64,000 bases of DNA, taken from positions 2,309,061-2,373,060 of the forward strand of contig MU058423.1 in the NCBI GenBank assembly GCA_013265495.1, read 5' to 3'. The translations under genes and the position numbers were made by a program. The notes below the pieces were generated by a model. That model worked only from the letters and a program-made list of their open reading frames with translations. It ran no database searches and was not told where the DNA came from. Source of the DNA: Vicugna vicugna. Taxonomy: Eukaryota. This document shows positions 27,900-41,600 of this stretch, piece after piece (positions within the stretch are counted from its first letter, which is position 1; the number at the start of each line of letters is the position of its first letter).

Positions 27900-28315
27900 T
27901 AATCTTGGTAGGCCAAATAATGTCTCATAAAGATATCCAAATCCTACTCCCCATGTTGCTTATCCAGGTGGGCCCTAAATGTAATCAGATGTGTCCTTAG
28001 AAGAGAGAGGCAGAGGGAGATTTGACTGCAGAAGAGAAGGTGGTGATGTGATAATGGAAACAGAGCTTGGAGTGATGTAATTTGAAGATGAAGGAAGGGC
28101 CCACAAGCCAAGGAATGCAAGTGGCCTCTAGAAGGTGAAAAAGGCAAAGAAGGGGATTCTCCCTTCAGAGTCTCCAGAAGGAACCAGACCTGATGATACC
28201 TTAATTTTAATCCAGTGAATCTCATTTCTGACTTCCAGAACTGTAAGAGAATAAATTTGTATTATTTGAAGCCACTAAGTTTGCAGTAATCTGATACAGC
28301 AGCAATAGGATACTG
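27900..28315 (+). mobile_element. MaLR LTR (MLT1C/D-like)
   Basis: ccaaggaatgcaagtggcctctagaag...cttccagaactgtaagagaataaatttgtatt...aagccactaagtttg. Confidence 0.85.
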
Positions 28316-31300
28316 TTGAGTGAAATAAGGGGCACAGAATAGAAAAGAGGCTCTGACTTTTGCCCCACTGACATGCAGTGCACACAGGTGTCAGGAGAAT
28401 TCAGAGAGGTGTTGCCAATGATTCCTCCAAGTTGGGAAGGACCGTTAAGGCCATCTTCCTAGCACTCTCAGGTGTGGAGTAGTGAAAAGATTGTCCAAGG
28501 TCATACACATTCATTCACTAAGCAAACATTTATTGAGGATCTGTTCTGAGCCAGTTCCTATGTTGAACTTGATGGGATCTGAAGAGAAGTACCTCAAAGT
28601 TCTTGTCCTCAAGGAAATTACAGTCCAGCAGGGAGGAACTTGGCGTAAAAGCCCTGGGTTGTCATTACACTGGACCAGTGACTTAACCTCTTTGGGTTCA
28701 CTTCCTTCTGTGTAAATCATAAAAAGAGCTGCTCACCAGATATAGTGAGGACCAAGTGATAAAATACATGCAAAATTGTTTTATAACCTGTAAATCATAT
28801 TATTGGACTGAATCTGGTCTTTCCACAAACCCTTCTTAATCTGCATATTTTCCTGGGCTTCCTCGCTTCCACCACCTTCACCTTAGAGAGGGTCCTGGCT
28901 CCTCATTAAGGTGTCCAGAGTTAAACCCAGTTGTGTGACTTCAGTTGAGGCTCATCCCACCATCAGTCCTGTGTCAACAACAGGCACAGAGTTAGGGGTT
29001 GATCTTTGTTAGCCTTTTCTTTAAAAAAATGCTACTAAGTAAAAAAAAAATTTTTTTTAATGAGATTACTCATTGTCAAATCATGAGAAGGATGAAGTGA
29101 ATAGTTTCTGGGAGAGATGATCTGTTACTGTGAGCCAAAAATCAAATGCTGTTTAAAGTATGTTCTATTTGGACCTCTGCTGATATTCCCATATCAGATT
29201 ACATTGTGCTGAAAAATTGATGGAGAATGTTTGCGCTGGAACAGAAGTCCCAGCTCAGGGTTCGTTTCCTGGTTAGAAATAAAGAGGGAAATAATTAGGT
29301 TAGAAGTTGTATTTGTCTTCTCTTTCTGCTTTGTTCCTTCCAGCTCCACAGAGGTGAATCGGGTGCCTTCTTGGCCCAGCCATGTGCCTCACGGTGGGCA
29401 GCCTCTGGGAATGGAGTTCAGGTCTGGTGAGGCTGTGTGTCAGGTGTGGTTCCTCTACCTCAGTATTTGAACTTTTAAATCAAAGGGTTATGACTTTAAA
29501 GGAAGATTCTAAAGCCATTTAAGATCTTTCTTCCTGTTTATTCTTCACTGAGCATTAGCTAGAAGGACGCTCTCTGTCTCTGTCTCTCTGTTTCGTTTTC
29601 TCTGCCGCTGTCTCTTTTTATGTCTCTTGCCTCTCTAAGAGTAGCCTTTACTCTGTATCTCCCAGGACAGTTCAGAGTTCAGATATTTTGCCCCAAATCC
29701 CTACATTAGAATGTGGCTAAATTATGAATGTTTTGACAACCAACCAACAGCTTCTGAAATAGTTCTGTATTCCAAAATAATAAAAACAACAAATACTTGC
29801 ATAGTGTTATTTTCCAGAACAATTTGGAGACAGGTACTATTATCATCCCCAATTTGCAGGTGAGGAAATGGAGGCACAGAGAAATTAAATGACTTGCCCG
29901 AGGTCACCTTGGTCAGACCTTCTGCACCAATTTTTAGTTCAGAAAATAATGGTTCCCCTAATCACTCATCCTGTCTCTTTCACCCCTCCCTAGCATTGTC
30001 TGAAAGCTCTGCATGTCTATGTTCTTCATCCTCTCGTGGACAGAAACATAGTCCCATGCCTTTGAATGCTCTACTGTACCTGTCTTGTACATAGTGAAAG
30101 CTCAGTGAATAATTGTGGATTGGTTAATTCTAAGTTGGAAAACTTAGAAGGTAAAAGAATAAAAGGAGATCTATAAAAATTGTAATGATATGGGAAATGG
30201 TTCATGATTATGACATTAAGTATAGATTGATGTAAAACTGTATATACATTATGATATTAACTGTATAAAATAAATAGACTATTAAAAGACTGAAAGGAAA
30301 TACAACAGAATGTTGGCAGTGGTTATTGATGAATGGTGTGGTTAAGAGTGATTTTTATTTTTTTATTTATACTTTTGTATTTCCCCATTGACCTATAATT
30401 GGCTTGTGCTAACTTTATAAACAGAAAGATAGTAGTTATAAAATATATCATCCACTTAAAGAAAAGCAAGAACAACATGGAAAAGACTGGTTGATTGAAG
30501 GGTCTACCCGGGGATTAAGCTGTGTGAATGGAACTGGGGTTGTGGTATGGCTCTCACAGCCTCTGTGTGTATGTGGTATCTATGCCATAATCTGATGGTA
30601 TACACAATTGAAATGATTACTTATGAATGGGGAAACAAAAAAGAATCTCTCCTTTCGATATAGTTCAAATAGCCCATGAATTTTGGAGGAAACTGATCTC
30701 AGAAAAGATGAGCATGTCAGAGTGGGAAAAAGGCCACAGAGATACTAAAATCAAATCTTCTTTTCTTGTAGATAAATACCTGATGTCTACTTTGTTCTGC
30801 TGACTGATCTGGGTTAACCTAGATCAGGAAGGAAGAGGTTGAAATGAGAAATGGAGTTCTCAGTTCTTCCTTCATCTGGGTCAGACCTGCACAGGCAGAG
30901 GGACCCTCAGGCATGGCTCCAACAGTGTGCTGCTGCACTGGTCGAGATACCTGTAGCTGTCCACGGTTATCCACCCTGCTATGGGGATTGAGCCGCTGTG
31001 TGTGTGAGGTCTTGTGGTGAGTGATTTGGGGGAGGGCATAGGGCGGGGCGACTAGGCTGTCTGAAGACTCAAGGAAAAGCTGGCTAAGCCAAAGAGTCTG
31101 CCCTGCTGGCCTTCCTAATGAACTGTTCTTCATCCCTGCTAGCCCCATGTGACCAGCAAACCTATTTTGTGACCAAAATACCTATTCAGAGACATCAAAC
31201 AACCAGTGACCAACCTGTAGCTGACCAGTAATTTGTTCAATTGGTCAAACCACTTTGTATGTTTAGCTTGCTGCAGAACGTAACATTTTGTGGTCCTGTG

Positions 31301-31739
31301 GATGACTTCAGGAAAATCACAATTTCACATGCGGAGTAGAAATTTAAATTTATTTTTTATGGTTATAAAAGAACTATGAACATATTATTAAGAATTATTA
31401 AGAATTTGAAAATACAGAAAGAATAAAGAAAATAAATCCCCCATAATTCTAATCCTTGGTAATAGCCTCTATTCACATAGTTGTTTTTCCTTGCAATTAG
31501 TGATTCCCGCTAATCTTTTTTCTCTGTATAGATATATGGCATAATGTATATATGTTTTATTCCTGCCATTTTCCTTAATGTTACATGATAAGCATTCCCC
31601 AATCCCTCAATATTCTTTGTAAAGTATGATTACTAATGACTGCATAAAATTCCATGGTACCAATTAACCATCATTATGCAATTATTCTCCTAGTATAGGC
31701 AAATACATATAAGCTGTTTCTAAGTTTTAATGATAAAAA

Positions 31740-32350
31740 TGTGTGGTATCACTTATATCCAATTTATAGGAAATATGGGTGTCAGAGGAACACATTCGTG
31801 ACACTGTAGCACTGCAATCAGCAAAATCCAGATTCCAGGAACTCTACAGGACAAATGAACTAGTTTTTTTCAGCAAATAAACTACTGTGGGGAAGAGATC
31901 AGGGGAAGGCGTCCCATAGAGTCCTATGAATGAGAAGAGGCTTACAAGGTATATCAACCAATTGCAATGTATAAATGATATTTGGGTCCATATTCAAACA
32001 AACTCTAAAAAAATTTGAGAGACAGAGAAATTGAGACACTTAACTTAGGTGTTTGATTAGATTAAGGAATTATTAATTTTTTCAGAAGTGGAAAGAGTAT
32101 TGTAGTTATGTTGTTAAAAACAAATCCTTGTCTTGTAAAGACACATACTGAAAATTTCACATTTGAAAAGATATATTTGGGATTTGCTTCAAAATAATGG
32201 GGGAGGGGAGGACAGGGGATAGTTTGGGAGATATGGGCAGGTCAAGACTGGCCACAATTGTTCAAGCTGAGTGATGGGTACAGGGAGGTTCATTTTACTA
32301 TATCTTTACTTTGGTATGTGTTTAATGTTTTCCACATTTAAAAGTTAGAA
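31740..32350 (+). mobile_element. Old L1 3' UTR fragment (L1MC-like)
   Basis: gcaatcagcaaaatccaga...gggatttgcttcaaaataat...gctgagtgatgggtacagggaggttcatt. Confidence 0.7.
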
Positions 32351-32741
32351 AAAGGAATGAGGGAAAAGGAAGCTAGCATCTCTGATGGTAGAATGTTGAG
32401 CTGAACTGTGGAGGAAAGAGCCCTGTACCTGAGTAAGACAGACTTGTTTTAGTCTCACCTTTCATAGTTACTGGCTGGGTGTCCTTGGGTTGCTTCCCTA
32501 ACCTCTTTGAGCCTCAAAGCCTTCATTCATAAAACTGATACTATGAAGCCTACCTTAACAGGGTTTTTGTGAGGAAGAAACATGATCTTATCAAAGAAGT
32601 GCTTGGGAAACTGAGGAACACTGGGTATTTTATCTTAAGGGATGAGTAGAGTATGAAGTCAAGGGGCAAGGACAATGTGTAGCTCTTCCTTTCCCAGGGA
32701 GTTAAGCTCTCTAGTTCTTCACTGACAGCTGGAGGTGAGGC

Positions 32742-33090
32742 TGTCACAGCAACCTGAATCCTGTCCAGAGACCAAGCAACACTCGGAGGGTTGGAGAACT
32801 CAGGTTTATTATGCCAGCAGGCCCAAAGGGGTTAACACTCCAAGCTCTGGACCCCATCTGTAGGTTTACACAGGCTTTTATAGGGTTTTAGGTTTTGATT
32901 AAGTTTGCACTGTATGCAAATGAGGTGTTAGAAATGGACCAATCAGGAGTGAGCTTTAGGGAACCAATGGACTCTTAGGGGTAAGTTTCATTTTCCTAGA
33001 AGCAAGCCGTTTTACAGAAGCTCAAAAGTGGGAAGGCAATGGCCCTGCCTGGGAGGTCTTGCTGGTCCCTTTGTGGGTTTTGCCCCTTCA
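32742..33090 (-). mobile_element. Solo ERV LTR (349 bp, ERV1-like)
   Basis: TG...CA termini; 4-bp TSD aggc (32738-41 and 33091-94); minus-strand TATAAAA (~32876-82) and AATAAA (32810-05). Confidence 0.85.
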
Positions 33091-33099
33091 AGGCTTTTA

Positions 33100-35320
33100 T
33101 AGAAAAATACTCAAGTATACTATTTTAATTCCCTTGTCATTTCTTTTATTATGTATTTTTGATTGTTTTCTTAGTCGTTGCCCTGGGGAGTACCATTAGC
33201 GTCTTAAATTACAACAATCAACTTAGATTAACACCAACTTAATTTTGATGGTACACAAAACCTTTCCTCCTGTATAATGCCAATCTTTTCCCTCCTTTAT
33301 GCTGTAATGATCACAAATTACATCTTTTTACATTTTTTATCCATCAACATAGATTTATAATTATTGTTTGTTTAGTTTTCTTTTATATCAAATAAGAAAA
33401 AATACATTTATACTGTCTTTTATATTTACCTGTGTAGTTACCTTTACTGGTGCTCTTTATTTCTTCATGTGAATTCAAGTTACTATCTATCATATTTTTA
33501 TTTCAGCCTGAAGAACTCTTGATATTTTTTGTAGGTCAGATCTTCTTAATGGCAAGTCCTCTCAGCTTTTGTTTATCTGGGAATTTTGCCTTCAGATTTG
33601 AAGTATAGCTTTGCTGTATATAAAATTCTTGGTTGACAGGTTTTTCTTTCAACTCTTTGACTATGTCATCTCACTGTCTTCTAGACCATGATTCTTTGTT
33701 TTTCTCTTTCTAATTCCTTTAGGTGGTAGATTAGGTTGTTTATTTGAGATTTTTCTTGTTTCTTAAAATAGGCCTGTATCACTATAAACTTCCCTCTTAG
33801 AACTCTTTTTGCTGCATCTCATAGATTTTGGAAAGTTATGTTTTCATTTTCACTTGCCTCTATGTATTTCTTCTTTGATTTATTCATTGACTCATTGGTT
33901 TTTTTTAGTATCATGTTTTTTAGTCTCCACATGTTTTCCAATTTTTCTTCCTGTAATTAATTTCTAGTTTCATATCATTATGGTCAGAAAAAGTAATTTC
34001 TATCCTCTTAAATTTAATGAGACTTGTTTTGTAGCCTGGCATGTGTGGATGTCATAATTTCTGATGAAAAATCAGTTCTTAATCTTATTGAGGATTCCTG
34101 GTACTGTATGAGTCACTTTTCTCTTGCAGCTTTCAAAAGTCTCTGCCTTTCAAATGATTGCTGAGCTTCTTGGATGTGCAGATGAATGTTTTTCATCAAA
34201 TTTGGAAAGTTTCATACATTACGTCTTCAGATATTCTTTATACTCCTTTTGTTACCAAGTCCAAACTTGTTCTGCTTGCTGCATGACAGGCCAATAAATC
34301 GGGAGAAAAAAAAAGTTGGGGCAAAGCGACTTTATTTGTAAAGCTGGCAGACTGAGAAGATGGCAGACTAATGTCTTGGAGAACCATCCTACTCCAGTCA
34401 GAATACAGGCTCCTTTTATACAAAAAAACAGGGGAGGGGTTGGTTGTTGCAAACTTCTTGCTGCAGGAATTCTTTGCTCTTGCAGCCATCCATGTGGGTC
34501 TGGCCATGGTGTCCCTGTAAACCTCCAACAAAACAAAGGTTATTCTCTATTTTGCAATTTGCCATCTCTACATAAGTGTGGAAGTACTAACATCCTTAAA
34601 GGTCAGAGCCCCAAGAATAGGCTTTCCTGTATGTTTCAGGCTAAAGACCACATTGTTTTACAAAAGGTGCAGAGCTAGCAAAACTCAGCCTAGAAAACAG
34701 GGCACAGTGGTTAAAACTAGAGGAACAGATCCAATATGGAGTCAGATTTGTTTTCCTCTATTATATTTTGTTTCTCTCTCTTCTCCTTCTTGGACTCCTC
34801 CTATGCATATGTTGGTGTACTTGCTGATGTCCTGTTGGACTCTGTTCATTTTTCTTCATTCTTTCTGTTATTCAGTCTGGATAATCTCAAAGAGTTTTTC
34901 TTCAAATTCACTGATTCTTTCTTCTGGATGTTTAAAGCTGTTATTGACTCCTTCTGGGGAAATTCTCATTTCAGTTATTGTACTTTTCAACTCCATAATT
35001 TCTATTTGATTTCTTTTTTATAGCTTCCATATCTTTGTTGATATTCTCTGTTTGTTCTCATATTTTCCTTTGGTTCTTTGGACATGGTTTCCTTTAGACT
35101 TGGAACACATTTAAAATACCTGGTTTAGAGTCTTTGCCTAATAAATCCAGTGTCTGGGCTTCCTTGGGGATAGTTTCTATTTATTGCTTCCTTCCCTTGT
35201 GTATGGGCCATACTTTCTTGTACTTTTACATACTTTGTATTTTTTCTTATTAAAACTAGACATTTAAGATGACACAATGCAGCAACTCTGTAAATTAGAT
35301 TTCTGCCCCTTGCCCAGGGT
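33100..35320 (-). mobile_element. Old L1 fragment(s), ORF1 region, interrupted by an LTR
   Basis: T-rich L1 antisense signatures (ctcagcttttgtttatctggga; catcaaatttggaaagttt). Confidence 0.75.
34250..34765 (-). mobile_element. Solo ERV LTR nested in L1
   Basis: Composition shift; starts tgttacc; minus-strand TATAAAAGG (~34412-20) and AATAAAG (~34330-36); L1 sequence resumes on both sides. Confidence 0.75.
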
Positions 35321-37478
35321 GCTGTTGTTGCTGCTGCTATAGAAAAATATTCTCAACATAACACAGGCCTTGGGCCAAATTCCCTTCAAGCCTGAAGCTC
35401 TCCTAACTCTCCCCTAGACTGTCATAATGGGCTTGTTGCCTATGCCCATGGAACTCAGGAAAACCAGCATGGATTGAGCACCTCCAGTGTATTCTGATCA
35501 TGAGGCCACTTTGAGTCTGTCCCAGACATCGTAGGCAGGGGTAGGGGGTCAACCTGTGGGCTTTCTGGTGGTGCCAGACTGGGGATGGGGCCACAGCTGC
35601 TACAGCCCCTGCAGAGCTTCAGGAGTGAGACTCTCTTTGGTTCTGTCAGTTTGCCAGGTGGCTTTCCAGACTGGTGTGGTCCACCTTGCTCCCTCAGCAG
35701 TCCCAGCATTTAGGACAGCAGAGCCTGGTCATCCCCCTTCCCAGAAACTGGCTTGAGAAACCAGGGGACAAAAGTGCTGCAGTGGTAGAGGGGGCCTTCA
35801 CTGGGGGCTGGGGCGGAGCGGGGGCTTACTGGGAAACATGGGCTCTTTTCCCAGGCCAGCCCTGCAGTTGACCTGGGCCTCAGGCTGCCCAGTCACTGCC
35901 CACCCACTAATGACTTTAGTTCTTCATTCAGGGGGTCATCAGACACCACCTAGGCCCTGCCTAGACCTCAGTACCCCACACCCCTTCCTTGCCATGGCCT
36001 TCAGTTTGCATGAGGTTAGCCTCGGGCTTCTTCCTGGTTGCCTCTGATTCACTTTCCTGGCTCTGGCCGGATAATGGTTTGGGGTTTGGCTGGGCCCTTC
36101 TGCTTGCATACTCAAAGCCAGAGTTCCTGACCCTGCCCACTAACGAGCACCCGCTACATCCCAGGGCCACTTTCCCCTCAGTCTCCTACCTGGCTCCTCC
36201 CTCCAGCCAGAAATCCTTGAGCTACAAAGTATCTGAATCCTCATCCTGGCAGAAAGTGCCTGGCTCTGCCACTTTCTGCTGAGAACAGCCAGGCCCTGGT
36301 AGCATTCTGGGTCCCCTGTGCCTGCCCAGAGGGGAGCTGTGTGTGGCCTGGGCACCATGGGACCAGCTGGCAGGGACAGCACCAGCACTTTACTTGGGCG
36401 CAGCCTTTGGGAGTCCAGAAGGTGCTTTTGGGTTTGTTCCTGCATTTGAATCTCAGAGCAGGTATACATGGCTTGTATTCTTAAACCAGTTCTAAAGATG
36501 AAGAGAAACCTGAGGTTCAGAGAGGTTAAATACTTGCCCAAGTTCACACAGCTAAGCAATACGAAGCCTAAGCCAATGGCCTAAGTTTTCTGGCTCTGAA
36601 TCCAAAGTGAATGTTGTTTCACAGATACGACACTTCTGAAGTGGCCCTGGCAGCACATGAAGCCCAGGAAAGGCCTGCTGAGATTCTCTGGACTTCCTTG
36701 CTGGGTATCTCCTGTAGACTCTGGAAAGGCAGGTGAGGGGCAGGGGTGTTTGCCTGTGTGTTTTGCTGACCCTTGCTTAAAGACCTTGAAACATACATTC
36801 CATCCACACACCCAGTTAGGGTGCTACCTAGCCCCATCTCCAACAGAAGCCAGGGAGACCTGCTGAAAATACCTCCTGTTTGGCTAATGAACTGTTGTTA
36901 TTAGGTATACATTCCACTGACTGATACCAGATAAGCCCCTAGAAAAGGCCATCATTAAATCTGGTCAGAATTTACCTTACTATACTTTTATTCATGCATC
37001 CAGTATTAACCTTTGGAAGCACATTTATTGAGCACATACTGTGTGCCAGATACTCTCAGGCAGTGGGATGCAAGGAGGGATGCAACACATTTCCTGTTAT
37101 AGTCCATGGCCTGGTAGGACAGACGAATAAACAGGGTCTCAGTTGCACCCCATAGGTGCACTGGGGAAGAAGGAACTGAGCCAGGGTGGGCCTCTGGGGC
37201 CTGGGTCAGGCTGGGAAGGCTTCTCAGAGGAGGTGACTTTTAAGTTGGGACTTGAGGGAAAAGTAGGAATAAATTTCTTCAAAAACCTCTTCTGAGGAGC
37301 TTTTGACAGAAAGGAAAGAGCTAGCTTAAGGGAAATGATGAGGGATAGGATGGTAGTGGGGGTTCAGGGCACAGAGGAGGGCAACTGAGATACTTGGGTA
37401 CTTAGTTCCAAGTTGGCTTAGTGCCAGCTCTGACCCTATAACCTTTGTCCCTTAAGTCCAGGGACCCAAACTTTTGTG

Positions 37479-37860
37479 CAGTGCTGTCCAATGTGACTTC
37501 AGTGGTGATGCAAATGTTCTATTTCTCTGTTATCCAACATGGTAGCCACATGTGGCTACTGAACTTTGAAATGTGGCTAGTATGACTGAGGAACTGAATA
37601 TTCATTTTGATTTCATTTTACTTAATTTAAACCTAAGTAACCACCATATCAGTCAGTGCAGCTCTACCTGTTTGTCACCATGGATCCCACTCAAATCACT
37701 TGAAATGTCTTTAAAAACTTCTGATGCCTAGTGTCTTGAGCCTCACTCCTGAGATTCTGATTTTGTTGATCTAGAGTGGGTATATCCATGGTGCAATATA
37801 CCAGTATATTTGGAAACAACCCAAGTGAATTTCAGGTGAGGCAAGGTTGAAAACCACTGA
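37479..37860. mobile_element. MER3-like and adjacent MER5-like DNA transposon remnants
   Basis: cagtgctgtccaat...atggtagccacatgtggctact...gactgaggaactgaat; then a unit ending gttgaaaaccactg. Confidence 0.75.
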
Positions 37861-38518
37861 TTTCAAAACTTTGTCCACCACTCTCTCAGCGATAGGGAGG
37901 CCCCTCTTGTCATAGCCTTGCCCAGGGTGTGTGGGGGGCAATGCTGGGCCTTCACCACTCTGGCCCTTCTCAATACCCCTCTGCCCCAGAAGGATGCATG
38001 CTCCATCTCCTCTCCACTCCCAGAAGGAAGATCAGGGCTTAAGGCCACTCACAGAGCCCGCTAGCTCTCTTCCCCTGCCAGCCTCGCCAAGTTCCCTGCC
38101 CAGAGATGGTGCTCATTCACCTCAGAGCCCACTAGGACCTGGACAGCAGGGGTCAGTGGTCCAGGAGTCTCGTCCTTGCAGCCCCCTTGGGCCCTTGGAT
38201 GGAGGCCAACCAGCTGTTTTCCTGGGCTGGGCTAGGCTGGGCTGGAGCAGGGGCTGGTGGCCAGGTCTGAGGTTTAGCTGGTTTCTGTCTGTTTTCCTAT
38301 TAAACAGATATGCAGATAGTGTATTTGGGACAGTGATAATGCAGGAAGTTTTGGTAACAAGACTAGAACTTGGAGAGAACCCTCCTTTCCCACATATCTT
38401 GAAAAAAGCTTTCTGAGCTGGGGCTCACCCAGCAGCTACTGGCCACCCCCCATTTTTGCCACCCACATCCCAAAAGCAGCTTTTCCCATGACTCACACAT
38501 GGCAGCTTGTGCACTTCT

Positions 38519-38524
38519 TTTATT
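38519..38524 (-). terminator. CSF1 distal polyadenylation signal AATAAA
   Basis: tttatt on the + strand at the end of the AU-rich UTR block. Confidence 0.9.
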
Positions 38525-38610
38525 ATTAAATATATAAGCAGCTTCCTATTTTTAAATAGATATTTAAATGACTTCATATAAAATAATTCACCACTTCCAA
38601 GTATAAAAAC
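38525..38610 (-). promoter_or_regulatory. AU-rich elements of the CSF1 3' UTR
   Basis: Three AUUUA pentamers (38527-31, 38553-57, 38565-69) in an AU-rich context; one more at 38862-66. Confidence 0.85.
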
Positions 38611-41600
38611 AAAATCTCACAGTGTGTGAGCCAATGTTCCCTCTTGGCTTTCGCAGAGAAAAGAAGGGTTCCCGTGCAGGTAGCCGAGGAGCCACCCAGA
38701 GAGGGCTCTGGGGCCCCTCCTGCTCCCATGTCACCAAGAGCCCACAAAGAGCTTCTGCAATGGGTTGGATTTGCTTTCTTGACTTTTAAAATACTACACG
38801 TTTAAGGGGTGGGAAGTGAGGGAGGAATGCCTTTTTTCTGTGTTTTTTTTTCTTCCACTTTTAAATACATATTTTTTAGTATCAAATATAGAGTCTGTGA
38901 CTGAAAAAAGGAGCCCCATGGGGAAAGTTCTTCACTGCCCCTCCCACAGCTAACAGCAACAGGGCAGGGTAGGCAGGGACCAGCAGATCCTCACGTTCAA
39001 GGACAGGAAGGGAAGGTCACGGGACCCGGCCCAGTGGCCAGGTAGGACAGAGTCTCTCTATGAAGGGCCCAGGGCAGCAGGAGAGGAGGGACACAGCAGC
39101 ACAAAGGGACCAAGGGCAATTGACAGCCCCGTCACCTGCTGCCCAGCTCTCAGAGCCGAGACCAGGTAGCTGAGGCACTCAAGGCAGACTTGGAAACAGA
39201 TGCCTGGACTCTCCCAGTCCCCCTCCCACCCTGGCTTGCCTGGTCAGAGAGAAGTGCTAGTGAGGAGTGGGATGAAAGCTGGAGGGTGTCACTACCTGTC
39301 AGGCTCCTAACAGGGACAATCGCTCAGCCCAGGTGTCTGCTGGCAGCAGCCTTGGAGCTGTGTTTGGGGCAGGGGCCTAGTACAGGGAAAGGGAGTGGGC
39401 AGAGGGGGTCGAGTCTGCACCCCTGCCCCAACTTCGGGGGCATGCCCATAATTTCAAAGACCCAATTTCAGTCAGAGCTCACCCTGCAGCCTCTCTCTGT
39501 GTCTATCTCTGCCCTCCTTTTCTCCCTCCTACCAGTCTCTTTCCTCTTGGGAATGTCAAAGTGCAAGATGCAGAAACCTGGGTGAACAACACAGCCTAAA
39601 GACCAGCTCCGGCTGGTGGCCCCGGGCAGTTCTCCCACCCTGATCCACCCCAGGAAGTCAGAGCCGGATCAGCAGAAGGTCAGGGCTCAGGGGCTCCCTC
39701 AGTCGACAGGCGAGGCCGGCTCGGGCACTCAGTGCAGGAAGCTGGGGAGAGGCTGGAGGGTGGGAGGACGGATGGGTGTTTGCTCTCTGGGATGGATAGG
39801 GCAGGCTGTTCAGCAGGCAGGTTCAGTATTCACAGTGCAATGGCTTCCTTCGTGAGGAGAGCCTCTGCGTGGCCTCCCGGAGAAGCTCTGGCAGGGCTGG
39901 GGGACGGTGGGGCAGAGGCCAAAGTGTGGTCTTCCCCTTAGCATCACGAGCCAAGCCAGGCAGGTCCTGAGGGTAGGGTTGGCCTCCCTTCTCCGCCTGG
40001 CCACCAGCAGAGAGCACTTAGGCAAGTGGAGGGCGCAGACCCGCTCCAGGCTGTCAGTGCAGACCAGCAGGCCCAGCAGCCTTCTCTTCCCGTCTTTTGG
40101 GCTACACACCTTTTCAGGAAATCCAGCGACGCTGTCCCGCCCTGCGAATCTCATGCTTCTCTCTGGAGACAAGTCCCTGCTTGTCGGTGTTGGGATCCCT
40201 TGGCACCAGGCAGGTCCTCTGGGTACAAGGGCTTTTCCATTCCTCAGCACCCACCCTGTTCTCCCATGTCCCATAGGCCTCTGGGTCCCTGGCCCAGGTG
40301 TTGGCTTGGAGGGGAGTGGGAGGAGGCCACAGCCCCTGAGGGGCAGAAGGTCTTCAGCCGGGCTTGCCAGCCTCCCTCAAGCAGGTGGGAGCCTCCAGGG
40401 CCCCCGATAAATATCAGCAGCGTGGGGGGCATCCTCCAGCTCTCTCTTAGTCAGTCCAGAGTCTAAGGGTCGAGGGTGGAGGGGCCCCAGCCTGGCTGAT
40501 CTGGTCTAGTCCTGGCAGGCAGGAGCTCTCGCGGTGGGCAGGCCACATTCCCAGAAGAATGGCTGGGGAGGGGTGGTGACGTAGGCCCCATAATGTCTCC
40601 TCCCATGGAGAGACTGTCCTGTGCGCCCAGCTGTAGGAGAGAAAAAGAAAGCCTGGTCAGCTGAATGGGGGCAATGGGACGGGTTGCTGAGGTCAAGAGT
40701 AGGGGAGGCAGAGCGTTCTTGTGGGCTGTTGGTGGTGTGCAGGCAGGACTTCCATCTTTTCCCTCGCCTTCCCAGCCGCCCCAGACACCACAAGGGACCA
40801 GGCAGCTTTCTCTGGCAGCAGCCCAAGCCACTGGGCAGACTGGCCTCACCTCCTACCTCCTCCTGGGGAACCAGGGACCACAGGAGAAGGTAACAGGGCC
40901 TGGTGGAGGTCTGAGCAGAGCTGGAGGCGGGGACACTGCTCAAATGTGTGTGTGTAGGGAGTCTGACAGGGAGGGAAGGAGGCACTTAAGTGTCCTTAGG
41001 CCCCTCATCGGGCAAGACCATCTCACTATCCTTGGTCCAAAAGACCAAGAGTGAATCCTGCTAACTCTAGCAAAGAAGAGGAATTTTCCATTCCCACCTC
41101 CACAGCATTCATCACAGAGGGTCATCACAAGATAGTCAGGACAGCAGGGCAGAGGTATCTGAAGGGGAAGAACCAGAGGCAGTTCCGGACAAGGAAACTC
41201 CCGCCCTGCCATTTGGCATGCTAAGCCCTAAGCAAACCAGCCCCCTTCCGGATGGGCCAAGAGACTTGCCTCCCTGCATCATTCATAGGAGTCAGGGCCC
41301 TGCTCTCTCCAACCCCTCCCCTATCCTTGTCCCCTTGCCCGGCATCCTCGGAACGCTTTGTTCCCAGAGCAGAAATCCCCTGGACTCCATCCAACAGATT
41401 GACTTTGGACCCTGTGTGGAGCTTCCCTCCCTGACTGTCCATAGGCCCTACTGGCAAAACCCGTGATGGGTAAGGAGGAAAGATGGGACCACAGCTTCTG
41501 GCTCCCAGCCCATTCCCATGCTCTGGAAGGGGAAGAAGGGAGGACCATAAACTGGACATGAACCATACTGGGTACAGCCGGGCCACAGGCCCTGCTGGTG

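Larger units (their letters stand above)
38490..40630 (-). other. CSF1: CSF1 distal terminal exon, long ARE-containing 3' UTR (~2.1 kb)
   Basis: Polypyrimidine tract then ctacag|CTGGGCGCACAGGACAGTCTCTCC; terminal AU-rich block; AATAAA at 38524-38519. Confidence 0.92.
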
